From contig OZ024743.1 of assembly GCA_964016885.1 (NCBI GenBank), forward strand, positions 279,000,001-279,064,000: DNA of 64,000 bases, read 5' to 3'. This document shows, one piece after another, positions 1 to 14,840 of the stretch. Numbering within the stretch: position 1 is the first letter of the stretch; each line of letters begins with the position of its first letter. The notes beneath the pieces were generated by a model. That model was not told the origin of the DNA, made no database searches, and saw nothing but the letters and a program-made list of their open reading frames with translations. This DNA comes from Eledone cirrhosa (Eukaryota). The translations under genes were made by a program, and so were the position numbers.

Positions 1-11
1 ACACATACACA

Positions 12-75
<64 letters not shown>

Positions 76-1214
76 CCCAGACATATTGATACGTGTTGTG
101 TGTATGTGTGTGTGTACTTCCAGATATATAAACTCATCTATACAGATGTGCAAGCACATTAACACACAAGTGCATACTGTTGGATGTATTTATATGTACA
201 CATACATAATAATTCCCAGCAAAATAGAATAGACTATTAAAACTAAGTGAAAAATGGATAGAAAATTGGGGAAAAAGTTAGATGTTTTAAAATTCTTTTC
301 GTAGAAATTTCTCCATTCAAAATACCTCAATGGTTGTGCCCTATTTTTCACATTTAATTCGTAGAGTTCTTTTTTTTTCTTTTGTTAGGCCTCGCTTCTG
401 CTGTTTGCAGCTGCTGCTGCTATTGCTTATTGCTGGTATTGCTATATATCGTATGGCTTTGTTACAGTAGCTGCTGATGATGGTAGCGATGATGATGATG
501 CTGATGGTTCTGATGATAATCATGATGATGAATATGGTGATGTTGATGATCATGTGTTACTCTTATTACAGTTGCTATTGCCGTTGTTACTATTGTCACT
601 ATTTAAAAAAAATATTTTTGCTGTTGCTACACTTGTTAATAATTCGGTCGTTTATGTCCATCTTTCTGAATTTGTGGTTTTTGATCATTGTTATTGCAGT
701 TAATGTTGTTGTTGAAGTGTTCAGTTATTAACTCCATTTTGTTCTTTTAGTTTTGTCAGTTATTTTACATGCGCGTGTTACTTTTTACCTAATAACTATT
801 TATTTATTTATTATTAATCTTCTTTTATTGAGATAACCAATGATAGTAAAGGCAACAATTAATTTCGGCAACATGTCTCCCTCTGCCTCATGTTTCTCTA
901 TCAAGTACATGTTACAAACGGTGGAAGTACTTCTTTTTTTAACACAACTTACTAGCAATCAGCCAGACACGTAATTCTTGCCGAGTTGATTCGGAGCGTG
1001 AATTAAATGATACGAGAATTCGTACGTACTCAACTTTAGTGAGAAGGCTATCCTCATTGATGACCGCCATGTTACATTTATTTTATTTTGTTAAATTTGG
1101 TGTTTAATAAAAATAAAGCTATGACAAATATTTTTTTTAATATATAGAAGTCATTGACATGTATATACATTTTTCTTCATTTATACATAAATATTGGTAT
1201 ATTTATTTATGTAC

Positions 1215-1267
<53 letters not shown>

Positions 1268-1417
1268 TGTGCGTGTGTGTGCGTGTGTGTGCGTGTGTGT
1301 GTATGTGTGCTTGTAGGCTCGTGTGTTTCTGTGTGAGTTGGTTACAGACCCCCCACAATTAATGTCGAAATGTCGATAGAAAGAGTTAGACAATGAACAT
1401 ATATAAAACGACACCCC

Positions 1418-1445
1418 CTATATATATATATATATATATATGTCA

Positions 1446-1483
<38 letters not shown>

Positions 1484-2022
1484 TGACACAGACATATATG
1501 TATATGTAAATTTTAGTATATATACATATACATCAAAAGAGAAATCGCTATATAATATAACGTTCATGTGTATGTATGTATGTATGTATGTATGTATGTA
1601 TGTATGTATGTATGTATGTATGTATGTATGTATGTATGTATGTATGTATCTATGTATGTATGTATGTATGCATGTATGTGATCGTAAAATGTGGAATATA
1701 ATTCTTTCAGGCAGAGAAGTAGAGAAAAAAACAAACAAACAGGGAAAATGTGTATAAAAAATGGAAACTGAGAACGGGAAGCAAAACATTAAAATATACA
1801 AAATATTCATACATGAAATAAAGGCATGAATGTAGTGCTGTTAGTGATAGTTGTAGTTGTGATGTTAACGGGAGTAGCTGTGATTGTAGTGGCAGTGCTG
1901 CTCCTGGTTTGACTGATGGTCCTGGTGGTGCGATGGTGGAGATGGTGATTGTTGTCTTATTGGTGGTTGTTGCGCTGTTGAAATTGAAGAGGATGTCTAT
2001 TTTGTATTTCAATATTGATAAT

Positions 2023-2114
<92 letters not shown>

Positions 2115-2611
2115 CAACAACAACAACAACAATAATAATAATTGCAACAGCAGCAACAATAACAACGATAAAGATAATAAAACTGGAAGTGAATGAATAT
2201 TGAAAGGCAGAGATAACGACAACGACGATGACGATGACGATGACGAAGAAGAAGAAGAAGAAGAAGAAGAAGAAGAAGAAGAAGAAGAAGAAGAAGAAGA
2301 AGAAGAAGAAGATGACTGAATGCAGAAAGAGAGAAGGAAAGGAAAATTGCATGAAGATAAAATAGAAGAAAGCGAGGAAGTAGGAAAGCTAGAAAGACAT
2401 AGAGCAACTATTAGAAGATGGTGTAGGCCTAGAAGAATGTTTGGCCACGTATGATGGGGGAGTTATATAGAGCTGGGGAGTGTCAGAATAAAGGGACACA
2501 TAAATACAAATAAAATGTGGACAGTGATGATGATGATCATCATGATGGCGTTGTTGTTGATGACATTGGTGTTGATGATGATGTTGATGATGATGATGGC
2601 GATGCTAGTAA

Positions 2612-2642
<31 letters not shown>

Positions 2643-2652
2643 GGCGATGACG

Positions 2653-2684
<32 letters not shown>

Positions 2685-2758
2685 GGTAATGGTGACAGTG
2701 ATGATGATGTTGATGATGATGATGATGGCGTTGTTGTTGATTATGATATTGATGTTGA

Positions 2759-2789
<31 letters not shown>

Positions 2790-3002
2790 AGTAATGATGA
2801 TAGTGATGATGATGATGATGACGACGACGACGACGAAGCTGTTAATGACGGTGGTTGTGGTTGTGGTTGTGGTGGTGATGACGATGATGATGACGATGAC
2901 GATGACAATGATAGTGATGATGATTATGATGGTGATGATGACGATGACGACGACGACGACGACGACGACAACGACGAGGATGTTAATAATGGTGGTGGTG
3001 AC

Positions 3003-3040
<38 letters not shown>

Positions 3041-3055
3041 CGACGACGATGATAA
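1418..3055. repeat. Microsatellite cluster: (TA)n, (TATG)n, (AAT)n, (GAA)n, (GAT/GAC)n
   Basis: Directly visible. Confidence 0.95.
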
Positions 3056-4772
3056 TATTAATGTCTTGGTGAAAATATTGGTGTTTTTGACGGTGACGAA
3101 GATGCAGAATAAGAGGAGGAGATGTCGAAGGAGATGCAAAATATAAGACACCACGCTGGTGGCGTTGGTTGCGGTGTTGAATAAATTGGAGATGGTTTGT
3201 TGAATAAAGAATATAAAATAAAATAAAAGAGATATATATTGTAATAGTTTAGAAGAAGACGATAGATGTTGAGGCATGGTAATGGAGATGGTGGTGATCG
3301 TATGTAGGAGAGTGAAGTAGTGAGAAGGAATCGAGGAAAGAAAATACAAGATATCGAAGGAAGTAAAATGAATATTAATAACAATAAATATGAAAGAAAA
3401 ATAAATGTTTGAGGGAGTAAAAAAAAGAATGAACAAGAAAGAATAAAGAACATAATAATAAATTTTTTTTTGTAGAAATTAATACTATATAGAGAGAGCA
3501 AAGCCGACAAACTGGGTTGAAATGTAATGAGTATAGCATAAACTAGCTACATGATTACTGAGATATTTAACTCTAATTCTAGTGTGGCCATTTAAAATAG
3601 CGAATTGCTACTACTGGAATACGTCAATTGGGAAAATATAATCGCTTGTCTTATTCGAAAGAGATCGACAGAGAACGTTAATTCTCACTATAACGCTGTG
3701 ATTACAGTTCTAGCTAATTGTGACCACTGGAAAGAGAATGCACAAAAGATGGAATTAATGAAGCCCTATATTATCGTTCTTGGACGAGCTCTCCTCTAAT
3801 GAAGGTGAAGCATTAGAAAAATTGTAAATCATCGAACGGGTTGGTGCAGTTAACTTACTGTGTAATTATTGATGAAATTATTACAGTACAAGGTTGTAGA
3901 AGAGGAAAATTGGTGGAAATTGGGAAAGCTACTAATTTCAAGGAAATAGAAATATCTTATGACGTAGCCTCAAGCAGCAGTCAGTATGGTTTTGTCTCCG
4001 AAGATGGCGTCGATTATGTTGGTGGCGAAGTAACGGTGGATGGATGTTTGTGGCGATGGTAGTGGCGATGGTTTTCGTGGTTGTTGTGGTGGTGGTGGTG
4101 GGAGAGAGCTGATGAGTGATGGATAGTGGCGTAGGTGGTGTTGACGGCTGTTTTTGTTGTTGTTTTAGTAGTAGTGGCGATGCTGAAGATGGTGATGGTT
4201 GTGATAGTGGTAAATGGGCGGTAGTTTAAAAAAAAACGGGGGAAGGAAGGACAATGAATAAAGGAAAATAATGGTGTGAAGAGGTGACAGCCGTAATGTA
4301 AGGAAGCGACAAAGATGGACGGTTGGGCGACGATACGACGGTACTCGGCTGAGGCCTAACGGCGAACCGGTCTGTACAAACCCTCCCTCTACACGACAGC
4401 CCAACCACCCTATAACTATTTTATATCCCCTGCATATTCGTTTATGTTTTTCTAATCTTTTTACACGTTATTCTTCTATTTATTTTTATTTTACATATTT
4501 ACACATTTTATATCTTTATGTAATTTTTAGCTAACAATATTTTTCAGTTTAGTTATATTATATTTATTTATTTTAATTTATTTTATTATCATTTATTTTG
4601 ATTTGATTATTATAATTCTTCATATATTCAATATTTCTCATCTTTTTATATTTTTCATTGGATACCTCATATGCAAGCAAGCTTACGATAGCCGAAGCTC
4701 CTAGTTTAGAATTACCACCAAGTTATTAGCTTTCGGCAAGGGAAGCTAACAATGCACAGAATATGCATTTTC

Positions 4773-4825
<53 letters not shown>

Positions 4826-4901
4826 TTAATAATTGTTTCTACTTTAGGCACAAGGCCAGCAATTACCAGTACATTACTGGTACTTTATTTTATCGACCCC
4901 G

Positions 4902-4941
<40 letters not shown>

Positions 4942-6640
4942 AATTATTATTATTATTATTATTAATATTATTATTATTATTATTGTTGTTGTTGTTGTTG
5001 TTGTTGTTGTTACTGTTGTTGTCACCACCATCATCATCATCGTCATTGTCATAATTTTGTTTTGTTTTTATTATTGTCGTCCTACTTATTCATTTAATAT
5101 CCTCTTAAATTACGTCAGCAATAACCATGACAAAAGCATAAACATCACAACGTTCTGCCATCGTCCTGCTCCATTAAAAAAAACCCCCAGGATTCTCAAT
5201 AAGATGAGGAAAAAATTATCAATATTAGTTTCTTCTAAACTATGTTCTCACAAATACCATTGGGTTTGAAGCAGTCATTGGCTCAGTATCTTATTCTGAA
5301 CTAAAACAAAATTAAAATATTAAAAATGTCGCTGGGTACAGAAAATGTGTTGATGCAACGTGTATACTTCTCTCATACATAATAACTGGATGAAGAATCG
5401 TCCGTCGATGGAGAAAATGAGTAAAATATCACATTAATCGAGAATGACGATCGTAGAGCAACATTCTTCATGGGGCTCACGAAGAATAACTATTTTACAG
5501 CAGTATTTATAATTTTATTATTCACATCACCAACGAATGTAGTAGTTTTCTTTATCATTCATTACTATAGCGATATAGGGCTTCGTGGTATTTGTTCCAG
5601 ATTTTAACTTTTCCCTGAGATCAATTCTCAAATGTTGGGTCGAGAAAGTAAATTAACACTCAAGTTTGGGCAGCGATATATTCGACTTTCCTCGCTAATC
5701 ATCGCTGGTCTTGTGCCTAACTTAGAAATAATAAACAATCAATTATTGGTGCAGATTAAACCTACCTTGCTATACTGTGCCTTTTTTTGTTGTTTCATAC
5801 ATTAGTCATCTTTTTTTGACCGGGGCTTGTTGACATGATCCGTAGAAAGATCTGACTAAATGATGTAATATATTTATCTATTTTATCTATTGACTTCAAA
5901 ACTCAACAATAATTAATTTCACCGTTCAGTGATCGATAAAACAAGTATCAGTTAAGCAGTGAGGGGTCGATAAAATAAACTACAAACATTTGCCTATTTG
6001 TAGCCTTGTGAAAACGTTCGAAATCATTACTACTACTGTTGAATTTATTGTTGATTTGTTATATCTTTAAAATAGATATACAAACGCGAAGCCATACTCA
6101 TGTAGCGGCCATTTTGTTAGATCGCCTCTGACGTCAAATATGTGATAGAAGAACAGATGTGGGAATTGAAGAAGTCATTTCACAATGATGGAGTGAAACA
6201 AATACAACTTGAAGAGAAGAAAGGGGAAGAGAGAAAGTGGGACAGAAAGAAAGAGAGTGTTTCGGCAGAACTCAGAATGAAGTGACGATTGTAAGAAAAA
6301 GAAAAAGTAGGAAAAGAAAAAAAAAGGTAAAAAGTGGGTGGAAATTCTAGAACCAAGCGAGATAATAAAAAAAGGAAACATCATAAATGAGAGACGGAAC
6401 TCTAAAATTGATTATTATAAGTGAAAATACGAGCGAGTGCGTGATATAATGACATATATATCAATGCATTTTCAATATGCCTGGACACACACACGTGTGT
6501 ATATATATATATATATATATATATTGTTTTTACCGAGAATAAGTAAGTGACATAGTCAGTACTTTAAAATTCATAGCGAATGGTCTTCAAAATATTTTGA
6601 ACTAAACATACAGCATATCGGCAAATATACTATACATACA

Positions 6641-6689
<49 letters not shown>

Positions 6690-6694
<5 letters not shown>

Positions 6695-8120
6695 AGAGTA
6701 TTGAAGTTTGCTTGAAACATTGTGGAATAATAAGGTAAATTTCTTTAAGTCGTTTGGAAGCCTCGACAATGCAGATGGGTAAATCTCCGGGAAACAAGAT
6801 CCGGTGGTGGAGAGAGAGATGTAAGTGGGTGTACGTTGAGATTCGTGGCGTGTATAAGACTGTAACGTGTAGAGGAATGAAGGAATGAGCGTAAAGGATA
6901 AAAATAAAAATAACAACACGAGAAAGAGTTACCTTGGTAGAGATTTAATTGTCCCTATATATTTCGGATTCACATCCATCAACTGCGTTTTTTTTCCGGG
7001 GGGGGGGGGAGGTTGTCTGTCGGAAAGGTGCGAAACGTGTCCTCCACTGTTCGTTGTTTTGAATATCTGAGGTACTCAGCAGAACGCGCGTGCGCGTGAA
7101 ATGGGGTCGGTCAGGCAGAGGTCAGCGGCCGAAGTAGTTCTTTCAATTGTGGGAGTGGGGTAGCGCTAGCTGTCAGTCCATTCTCTGCCTGTTTGGTGAA
7201 TGTTACGGTGTGTGTGTGTGTGTGCGTTGTTGTCTCGCTTGAGTGTGTGTGTGTGTGTGTGCGTGTGTTGTTGCCTTGTTCCTCTGTATTGGCAGTGTAG
7301 TATGTTCGTATGATGGAATGCTAATGTGTGTGTGTGTGTGAGCGTGTGTTGCTGGCTCGCTTGTATGTGTGTGTGTGCGTGTGTTGTTGCATCGTTTGTT
7401 AACTTAAACCAACCACCTCATTTCGTTTCTCTCGGATCGGTTGTTTAATTATGGCCCTAGGCGTTTGATCCAAAGTGCTTCCTTGATACGTAACGTGCCG
7501 ACGTTTCTTCCTGTCGCTAGAATTGTGACAATGGGCCTTCCGTCTTTGTTTCCGCATTTGGCTATGCGTTTCCGGAAAGACGAGGCCCTGGTTTTAGTGT
7601 GTTCCTTGATCCGGATGTGCATCGGCCGGATTGTGCTACCTATATAGTATTGGTTGCACTTGTTACATTCTATCTTATACACGACGTATGTGCGTAGGCA
7701 ACAGTTCGCATGGCGCATCGGGCAGTCTCTGCGGGAGCACGCGTCAGTTGATTTCCCGGGTTTCCTGGAGAGGCATCTTCGCAGGGAGGGGCCCGAGTGG
7801 GCCAGGTGGATGTCGAGGCGCTCCTTCCGTATAGCCTTGCGGATAGCGTTGGTGGTATTCTCACCCAGGTGTGGCATTTTAAGGAAGCACTTGCCTTGGG
7901 TGCCTCTCTGTCTCTTGTGTCTGGTGTCTCCTACTCTGTCTGTGAGCGAGGTAGGGTACCCGTTCGTCTTCAGCACCTCAAGGAATCGCTTGGTATGAGT
8001 GACACCACTCGCGGGATCGCTGCATCTGTTTTTGATTCGCGCGGAGGGAGGGCCTCGAATTCTACTGCTTAAGTCCATCTCAATAGCCGATGACTCTGGC
8101 GTTCTGTATATGATTTTAAA
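6690..8120 (-). mobile_element. Truncated Penelope-like retroelement (RT C-terminus + GIY-YIG endonuclease, 3' UTR/pLTR toward 6690)
   Basis: Minus ORF contains 'LKTNGYP' (PLE RT C-terminal motif) and 'YVVYKIECNKCNQYYIGSTIRPMHIRIKEH...LRIKEALWIKRLGP' (GIY-YIG). A SINE abuts the 5' side at ~8124. Left boundary approximate. Confidence 0.85.
7449..8120 (-). pseudogene. PLE ORF remnant, GIY-YIG endonuclease
   Basis: ORF 7449..8168(-). The first ~16 aa (MYWVIVGLVPKAETII) come from the adjacent SINE; the rest is PLE thumb/linker plus GIY-YIG. Confidence 0.85.
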
Positions 8121-8123
8121 AAT

Positions 8124-8311
8124 AATTGTTTCTGCCTTTGGCACAAGGCCAACAATTACCCAGTACATTACTGGTACTTTATTTTATCGACCCTGTAAGG
8201 ATGAAAGGTAAAATTGACCTCGGCGGGATTTGAACTTAGAATGGCAAGGGCAGTAACTCTATGCGTCAAAGCATGGCGTCCGACGCTCTACCGATACTGC
8301 CAATCCCCCGC
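8124..8311 (-). mobile_element. tRNA-derived SINE abutting the PLE fragment
   Basis: Same family sequence. Confidence 0.9.
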
Positions 8312-8409
8312 TAACGTTTCCTCTTAAAAAATTGTTTTTCGATTTGTTTTGTTTCCGTTCGTTGTCTTGTCCTTTCTTTGATAATTTTCTTAAGTATATA
8401 TATATATAA

Positions 8410-8568
8410 AGGAGCAAGTATGACCCCGACGGCAGAGCTCAAGCCATTTCGATGGCTTGAGCTCTGCCGTCGGGGTCATACTTGTTCCTATTACCCACTC
8501 TACTACACTAAGTATTGAGTACTTTGGTGCGTTATGGTCCATCTGGTTCCTTACCACAATTCCTTCGT

Positions 8569-8570
<2 letters not shown>
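8410..8570 (+). mobile_element. Fold-back element, family A
   Basis: Palindrome ggagcaagtatgaccccgacggcagagctcaagccat / atggcttgagctctgccgtcggggtcatacttgttcc followed by the shared ~80 bp tail; within (TA)n. Confidence 0.8.
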
Positions 8571-8619
<49 letters not shown>

Positions 8620-8719
8620 GTGTGTGTGTATGTATGTATGTGTGTGTGCGTATGTATGTGTGTGTGTGATGGGCTAATACCGACTGCTTAGAACGGCGAA
8701 TCGTCTATAATAGTAGATA

Positions 8720-8793
<74 letters not shown>

Positions 8794-9214
8794 TACAAAT
8801 ATATATATACGTATATATATATACACCCACACAACTCAAGTGTGCATGTGAGGCTACTATCTCCATAGGCTTGTTGTGAGTTCTGACTAGACATGAAAAT
8901 GGACAGAAAGTAACATTCCGGTAAGGAAAGCGATATATACAGATATAGATAGAGATATAGACGGAACAAATACTGAAGAGACTCCTGTCCGATTATATAT
9001 ATATAGAAAAGATGAATATAAAATGAAAGTGCTTTTTTTTTAAAAGGAATTTATTAGGTATTGACATATGTTTCTGTAACAGACGGAATACCTATGTATC
9101 GCTGCTTGCGTAATCATATAATGTTAGCAAGTATTCGATAGCAAATGTATAATCAGTTGTCACTTCTTCAGAGATATTGGATAAATTGTAAAAAATCAGA
9201 AAAATTGAAGTATT

Positions 9215-9297
<83 letters not shown>

Positions 9298-9418
9298 ATA
9301 TATTTTCTTTAGAGCGTTTTGGAAGCCTCAACAATGCAGATGGGTAATTCTCCCGGTAACTAGATCCGGTGGTGAAGAGAGATATAACTTAATGTAGAAT
9401 GATATATATATATATATA

Positions 9419-9496
<78 letters not shown>

Positions 9497-12400
9497 TGTG
9501 TGTATAAATTGACAAAATTCTATTTTGTTTTATTAATCATCGATAAGAATGGTGAACTATATAAGTTCAGTAGCTTTTGCGATAGTAACGCATAATCAAC
9601 AGCACACACAAACTAACAAACATACAAACAAAACACACAAACTAACAAACATACAAACAAAACACAGAAATGACACAAAAATAGAAGAATTCCCTAATTA
9701 TTTGTTGGTCACATATATTGGACAGGGTGGAGGATTGTAAAGATGCACTAAAACTATTGTATATCGCGCAGGTACTGTCTCGGCGATGTCTACAAATTTC
9801 TTCACAGTTTCTAATCACTATGACGTAGTTAAGTCAGTGTACTTCTGATCAGTGCTACTGGTCAGCCATTTACAGAGAAACTTTAATTTGATTAAAACTG
9901 TGGATGAATCATCATGGTTATGTAATTGGATTCTCATTGGGCAATTTCATTGGGGCAATTTTTCTATTGTAATGCACTAGTGAATCTGGGCATTTATAAA
10001 TATATGCTTATATAGATAAGCACATATACATATAAACATGTGTGTATGCGTGTGTGCGCCTCTGTGTACACCCACATATACACACTTGTCAAGTAAATAG
10101 AAATATAAGCTGATGTATAGATGTTTGAATAGACAGCTATATATTCAGATAGAATAGACATACAAAGTCGGACATCCGTTTATTAAGAGAAAGTAAAAAC
10201 GCGATTACAATTTCCTGACGTTTAAATGCCAGGAGCTTACTCTTTTACGAAATCCACACTCTTTGAAGTTAATGTCGTTCAGCTTCTCCCATGAAATACT
10301 TAGACTTATTTAAAAAGAAGAACCGGCAATTTCTTAACTGGAAAATCAAAATTACTTTTCCAATAAAACCAATGGCTAAATATCTTGCCATCTTGCAAGG
10401 TCTATACATCTTTTCTTATAATTTTCTCTTTATTGTGCTGATAGGGTTTGATTTCAGAATTATAAAAAAATTACCTTATTACTTTTCAATTTATGGGTTG
10501 GTGGTAAACGGCATTGTTAAGATACTCTCCCTATCGGCATAACAAGTTCTGCAGTTCTGCATCTATGTTCGATATTTTGAGTTTAAAAGATTTTATTTCG
10601 CTTGTAATACTGAGGTATTTAAGAATGTCTTGAAAATTGCGCAATATCATTTTCACCTCTTAATGACTTATATAAGTGCTTTATGCGCTTATATAACAAA
10701 TGAGTTTACAAGTTTGGTTTTAGTTGATTTTTTAAATTTTCTATTCAATTATAGCTGCAATGCCTCTAAGAAAGTCATTAAAATCACACAATGTTATTTC
10801 TCATCCGCTCTGTAAAACTAAGGCAGCCTTATTATATAAGATATCAGCTCGGTAAATTTGAGGTACCCTTATTATATAAGATATCTATTTTTAGCCTACA
10901 ACGACATTTGTGCACTGTTATGTCGATCTATTTCAACCCAATGCAGTTATAGTTACTGAAATATCGTTGGAGTATGGGATATTTTATTGATCTCTACTTC
11001 AACAAAGTATATTCCTAAATTAGAAACTTGATAGGTTACCCATCTATGTTGCTTTTCCTTACCTTAAGGAATGGAAAGGAGCCACTTGTTACATCAAACT
11101 GAGGAAGCAAGGTTTTCATTGTTCTTTCCATTGCTGATACTCTCTGCTGGTCACAAATCTTGGCAGGCTGATCAAGGTGAAATAAAGTATTTTGCTCAAG
11201 AGGCCATTGCGCCACCTTGTCCAGGATCCGCACCAAAGTCTTAAGAGCATGCGTCCAACACTATTCATTAGGCTACACACCTTCTTATATTTAATCAAAC
11301 ATAAATGTGATTGTGTCGATACAAATATAGAGACTCAGAAAAAGAAGCGAAACCTCATTTTGGCCCATCCTAGCTACTTCTACAAAGGAGGTCGTTGGGT
11401 TAGAGACATAGGCGTATGATTCGAGGAAGGAAAACAACACCCCCATTCAAATTCAACTAAAATAATGGGGAAAATTCGGCAAAGGCGAGAAGGAAACTGA
11501 TACCTATAGTAAAAAGTGAACAATACATCTGGATTAACTGCTCGACAATAATCAATCAAATATCTTGATAAAGGACCGTCTTAAAATTCACCATATAATC
11601 ATTTTCAGGAGAAGTGGAATTAAACCGAAACACTTATTGCATTCTTATTAGCTCCCTTGTTATAATCCATTCTCGTTTTTGTTGATTACAGAAACTTCTG
11701 AAGCTTTTCAATCTTTCTGTTTTCAATCTTTAACGTATCAATATTTATACGACTTCCAGGAAAAGCTGAAAGCACACTCCATGGAATCTGTTGATAGTAA
11801 TATGTAGATCAGCGCAATATGTTTACCTGTTGCTAGAGCGTATTTTGTTCCTGTTGGACGCCAAATTCGAATTGTGTGCCCTATATCTCAATATGGAAAA
11901 AATAATAACACCTCAGAAAATACCTCTGTAAATTCTATAACAGCACGATGAGCTACATTAACTAATGAAGACTTTAGTAAATGCAGAAATGAAGACATTT
12001 GTGACAGTGATTGGAATTGTGTCGATGCGTGAGGAAAAACTATCTAAGAAGTTATCATAAACCCTCGATTTTCATTCAAGAAAACAAGATATCTATGTAA
12101 ATCAAAGTCTCTCTGTGATTGCAAAGTGGAGATGATGAATTAACAATGGAAGTGCCACTGGATCAAAATGGCAAAAACTGCTATTATTTCAGTTAGGATA
12201 AGGTGATTTGGGAAAGAAAATAAGGTTTTAAAGATAATGATGTAAATATATTTGGGTGATTCTGTTATAGCATTTTTAACCTCGATGCGTCAGATGATTC
12301 AAATAAGTAGTCTAAAAGGTTGCAAGGAATTAAATTTGAAAATTTAATCACGTACCATACTCATCTATCAAGTTCGCAGTAACAGAGGCTGATGGTTATG

Positions 12401-12897
12401 AAATAGTTTACCATAAAGATCGTCATGGCATGCAGCCAGTCTCCAATAAAATCGCTGGTATCCTGGCGCCCTTGACTGCTGCAACTTGTTCAGCGAACGT
12501 AGACGATTGTAAACATTTCTGAGAAGTACAACGGGTCAAAAGCGACTAAGCATTTTGGCAATATTAAATATAAAGCGAAAGTATGCCAACATATCTGTTG
12601 GCAATAACAACCAAATAATTTATAATTTTTCTCTATAAGAAAGAGACAAAACAATATTTCTTTTAAGTCGCATGTTGTGTGAGTTGGTCTGTGTATCGAT
12701 GAATGACGATTTTAATAGTAATTATTATTTACATTTTCAACAGTGTAAAATTCCGGGCAAATCAACTCTTCTGCCGCTATTTTCCCAGAAAGACAAATAT
12801 ACTCTATATAGGTTAAGGACACTAGGTCATAAACAAGGATGAGATTATCACACTCTTCATATCATCAAATATCTATCTATACATCTCCCCCCCCCAA

Positions 12898-12974
<77 letters not shown>

Positions 12975-13476
12975 ATATATATATATATACGTTACCGATC
13001 TAACTTAGGACAAACAGTAACCATATGTTAATATTGTTCAATCTAAGTGATGGTTGAAAACAAAAATAGATGAAAATAGCATGATATACATGAAGGCAAT
13101 TGAAGACCGAATAAAAGATTAAAACTGTTTGGCTTGGTGTATTGGGGATATCATTATCACCATTATCTTGATCTAGCGTAATCATATTAACGCCATTAGT
13201 AATTGCTTAATTGGATAACTAATTGATAATATGCGAATTAATATGTAATAAACTAAATTAAGTAAATAGTTAAATTACATTTTATACGACAAGACATCAA
13301 GTAATATGATTTAATACCGAAAGTATTTCTAGCTTAAAGTTTAACGCAAATGTGTCGGCATATATGAGGCAGTTTGTGGTGAGAGATATGTATTAGATAA
13401 ATATATAATTCCTTTAATGTGAAATGGAAAATCGAATTATTCAAATGAATGAAACGTTTTATTTGTAAATTAACAC

Positions 13477-13534
<58 letters not shown>

Positions 13535-13593
13535 GTGTTAATATATATATATATATATGTGTGTGTGTGAGTGTGTGCATATATCTATATATC

Positions 13594-13624
<31 letters not shown>

Positions 13625-14079
13625 GTAGATAGATAGATAGAGAGATAGAAAGATATATATACATATATACTATACATGCATATGTAGATGGATGGGCGAA
13701 TAATTATGATGATTATGATAATTATGATGATAATGTTTCGACAATGCCGATTCAGCTGCCCGCTGATTTCAAACACTGACACGATAAATTAATGACGAAT
13801 GTGAGTACTCCATAGAAACATATGTCCTTAAAACAACTTTCAGAACGATTAAGTGTGATGAAGGAAGTGAACAGGCTAGATATTTGAATTACAAATACAA
13901 TCAAACTGATGCATTTCCACAATTATCGTCTGCTTAATTTTAAGAACATTGCTTAGGATAAAGACAAAAGGAGTAAGATTCCATGCAGGTAGATTAAAAC
14001 TGGATTATAACGGTTCACAAGCCATCTTATTAACCACATGGTCGTTCCGTACTCAGCCATGCCTGCAGCCAACGTACTG

Positions 14080-14134
<55 letters not shown>

Positions 14135-14340
14135 TATATATAATAATTATTATTTCTAATTTTGGCACAAGGCCAGCAATTATCCTAGTGCATTACCGGT
14201 GCTTTATTTTATCGAGCCCTAATTACAGGTAGAACTCATTTTTGCCAACTGAGTGGACTGAACATGAAATAAAGTGTATAATAATAAAAAGACGAGTTGT
14301 TAGTTCTTCAATACACAAATTATATACATATATATATATA

Positions 14341-14558
14341 GTAATAATAAAAATTTGAAGACTAAAATCCAAAGAGGGCTCGATAAGGATAAATATATAT
14401 AAAATATATAAGAACCGTAGAGCAAATATTTATTAAAATAACAGATTAAAGTTTAAGCAAAGAATCGCTGCTTTCACCCTTAACGTGATCTTCTGAAACT
14501 TCTGAGTTTCAGAAGATCCCGTTAAGGGTGAAAGCTTAAACTTTAATCTGTTATTTTA

Positions 14559-14566
<8 letters not shown>
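14341..14566. mobile_element. Fold-back pLTR-like element, family B, with variant HHR
   Basis: Inverted arms around 14501-14504. The minus arm reads agttt-CAGAAGA-tcacgttaagggt-GAAA-gcagcgattctttgc-TT-aaact. ~85 bp unpaired left tail; (TA)n flanks. Confidence 0.7.
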
Positions 14567-14590
<24 letters not shown>

Positions 14591-14797
14591 TTCGTTTCTG
14601 AATTTGTTTAGCAAGATTCTTTATCTGAAAACGTGTGTTGAAAGCGATATTGTTATACTTCGGGAGGGTCATGTTGCCAATAAGTAACACACGCTTTCAC
14701 TTCAATTTATTATAAATTAAATTCATAAATTTAGGAATTTATGAATTTCCGGTTGGTTGGTTAGTTGGTTCCACAACCAGACGATTGTTCATATATT

Positions 14798-14840
14798 GTC
14801 AAAGTTCTTTCGTCACACATTCTGTGACCTCTTCAATGAC
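14798..14840 (-). ncRNA. Minimal hammerhead ribozyme, same family as 34794-34838
   Basis: Reverse complement: gtca-TTGAAGA-ggtcacagaatgtgtgac-GAAA-gaac-TT-tgac. Has a C3>T change; same sense as the PLE ORF. Confidence 0.7.

Noticed and set aside
8410-8570. MITE interpretation of the palindromes
   Set aside because: Arms are asymmetric with a fixed unpaired tail, centres vary, HHR motifs are present, and one family is physically linked to a GIY-YIG PLE ORF.
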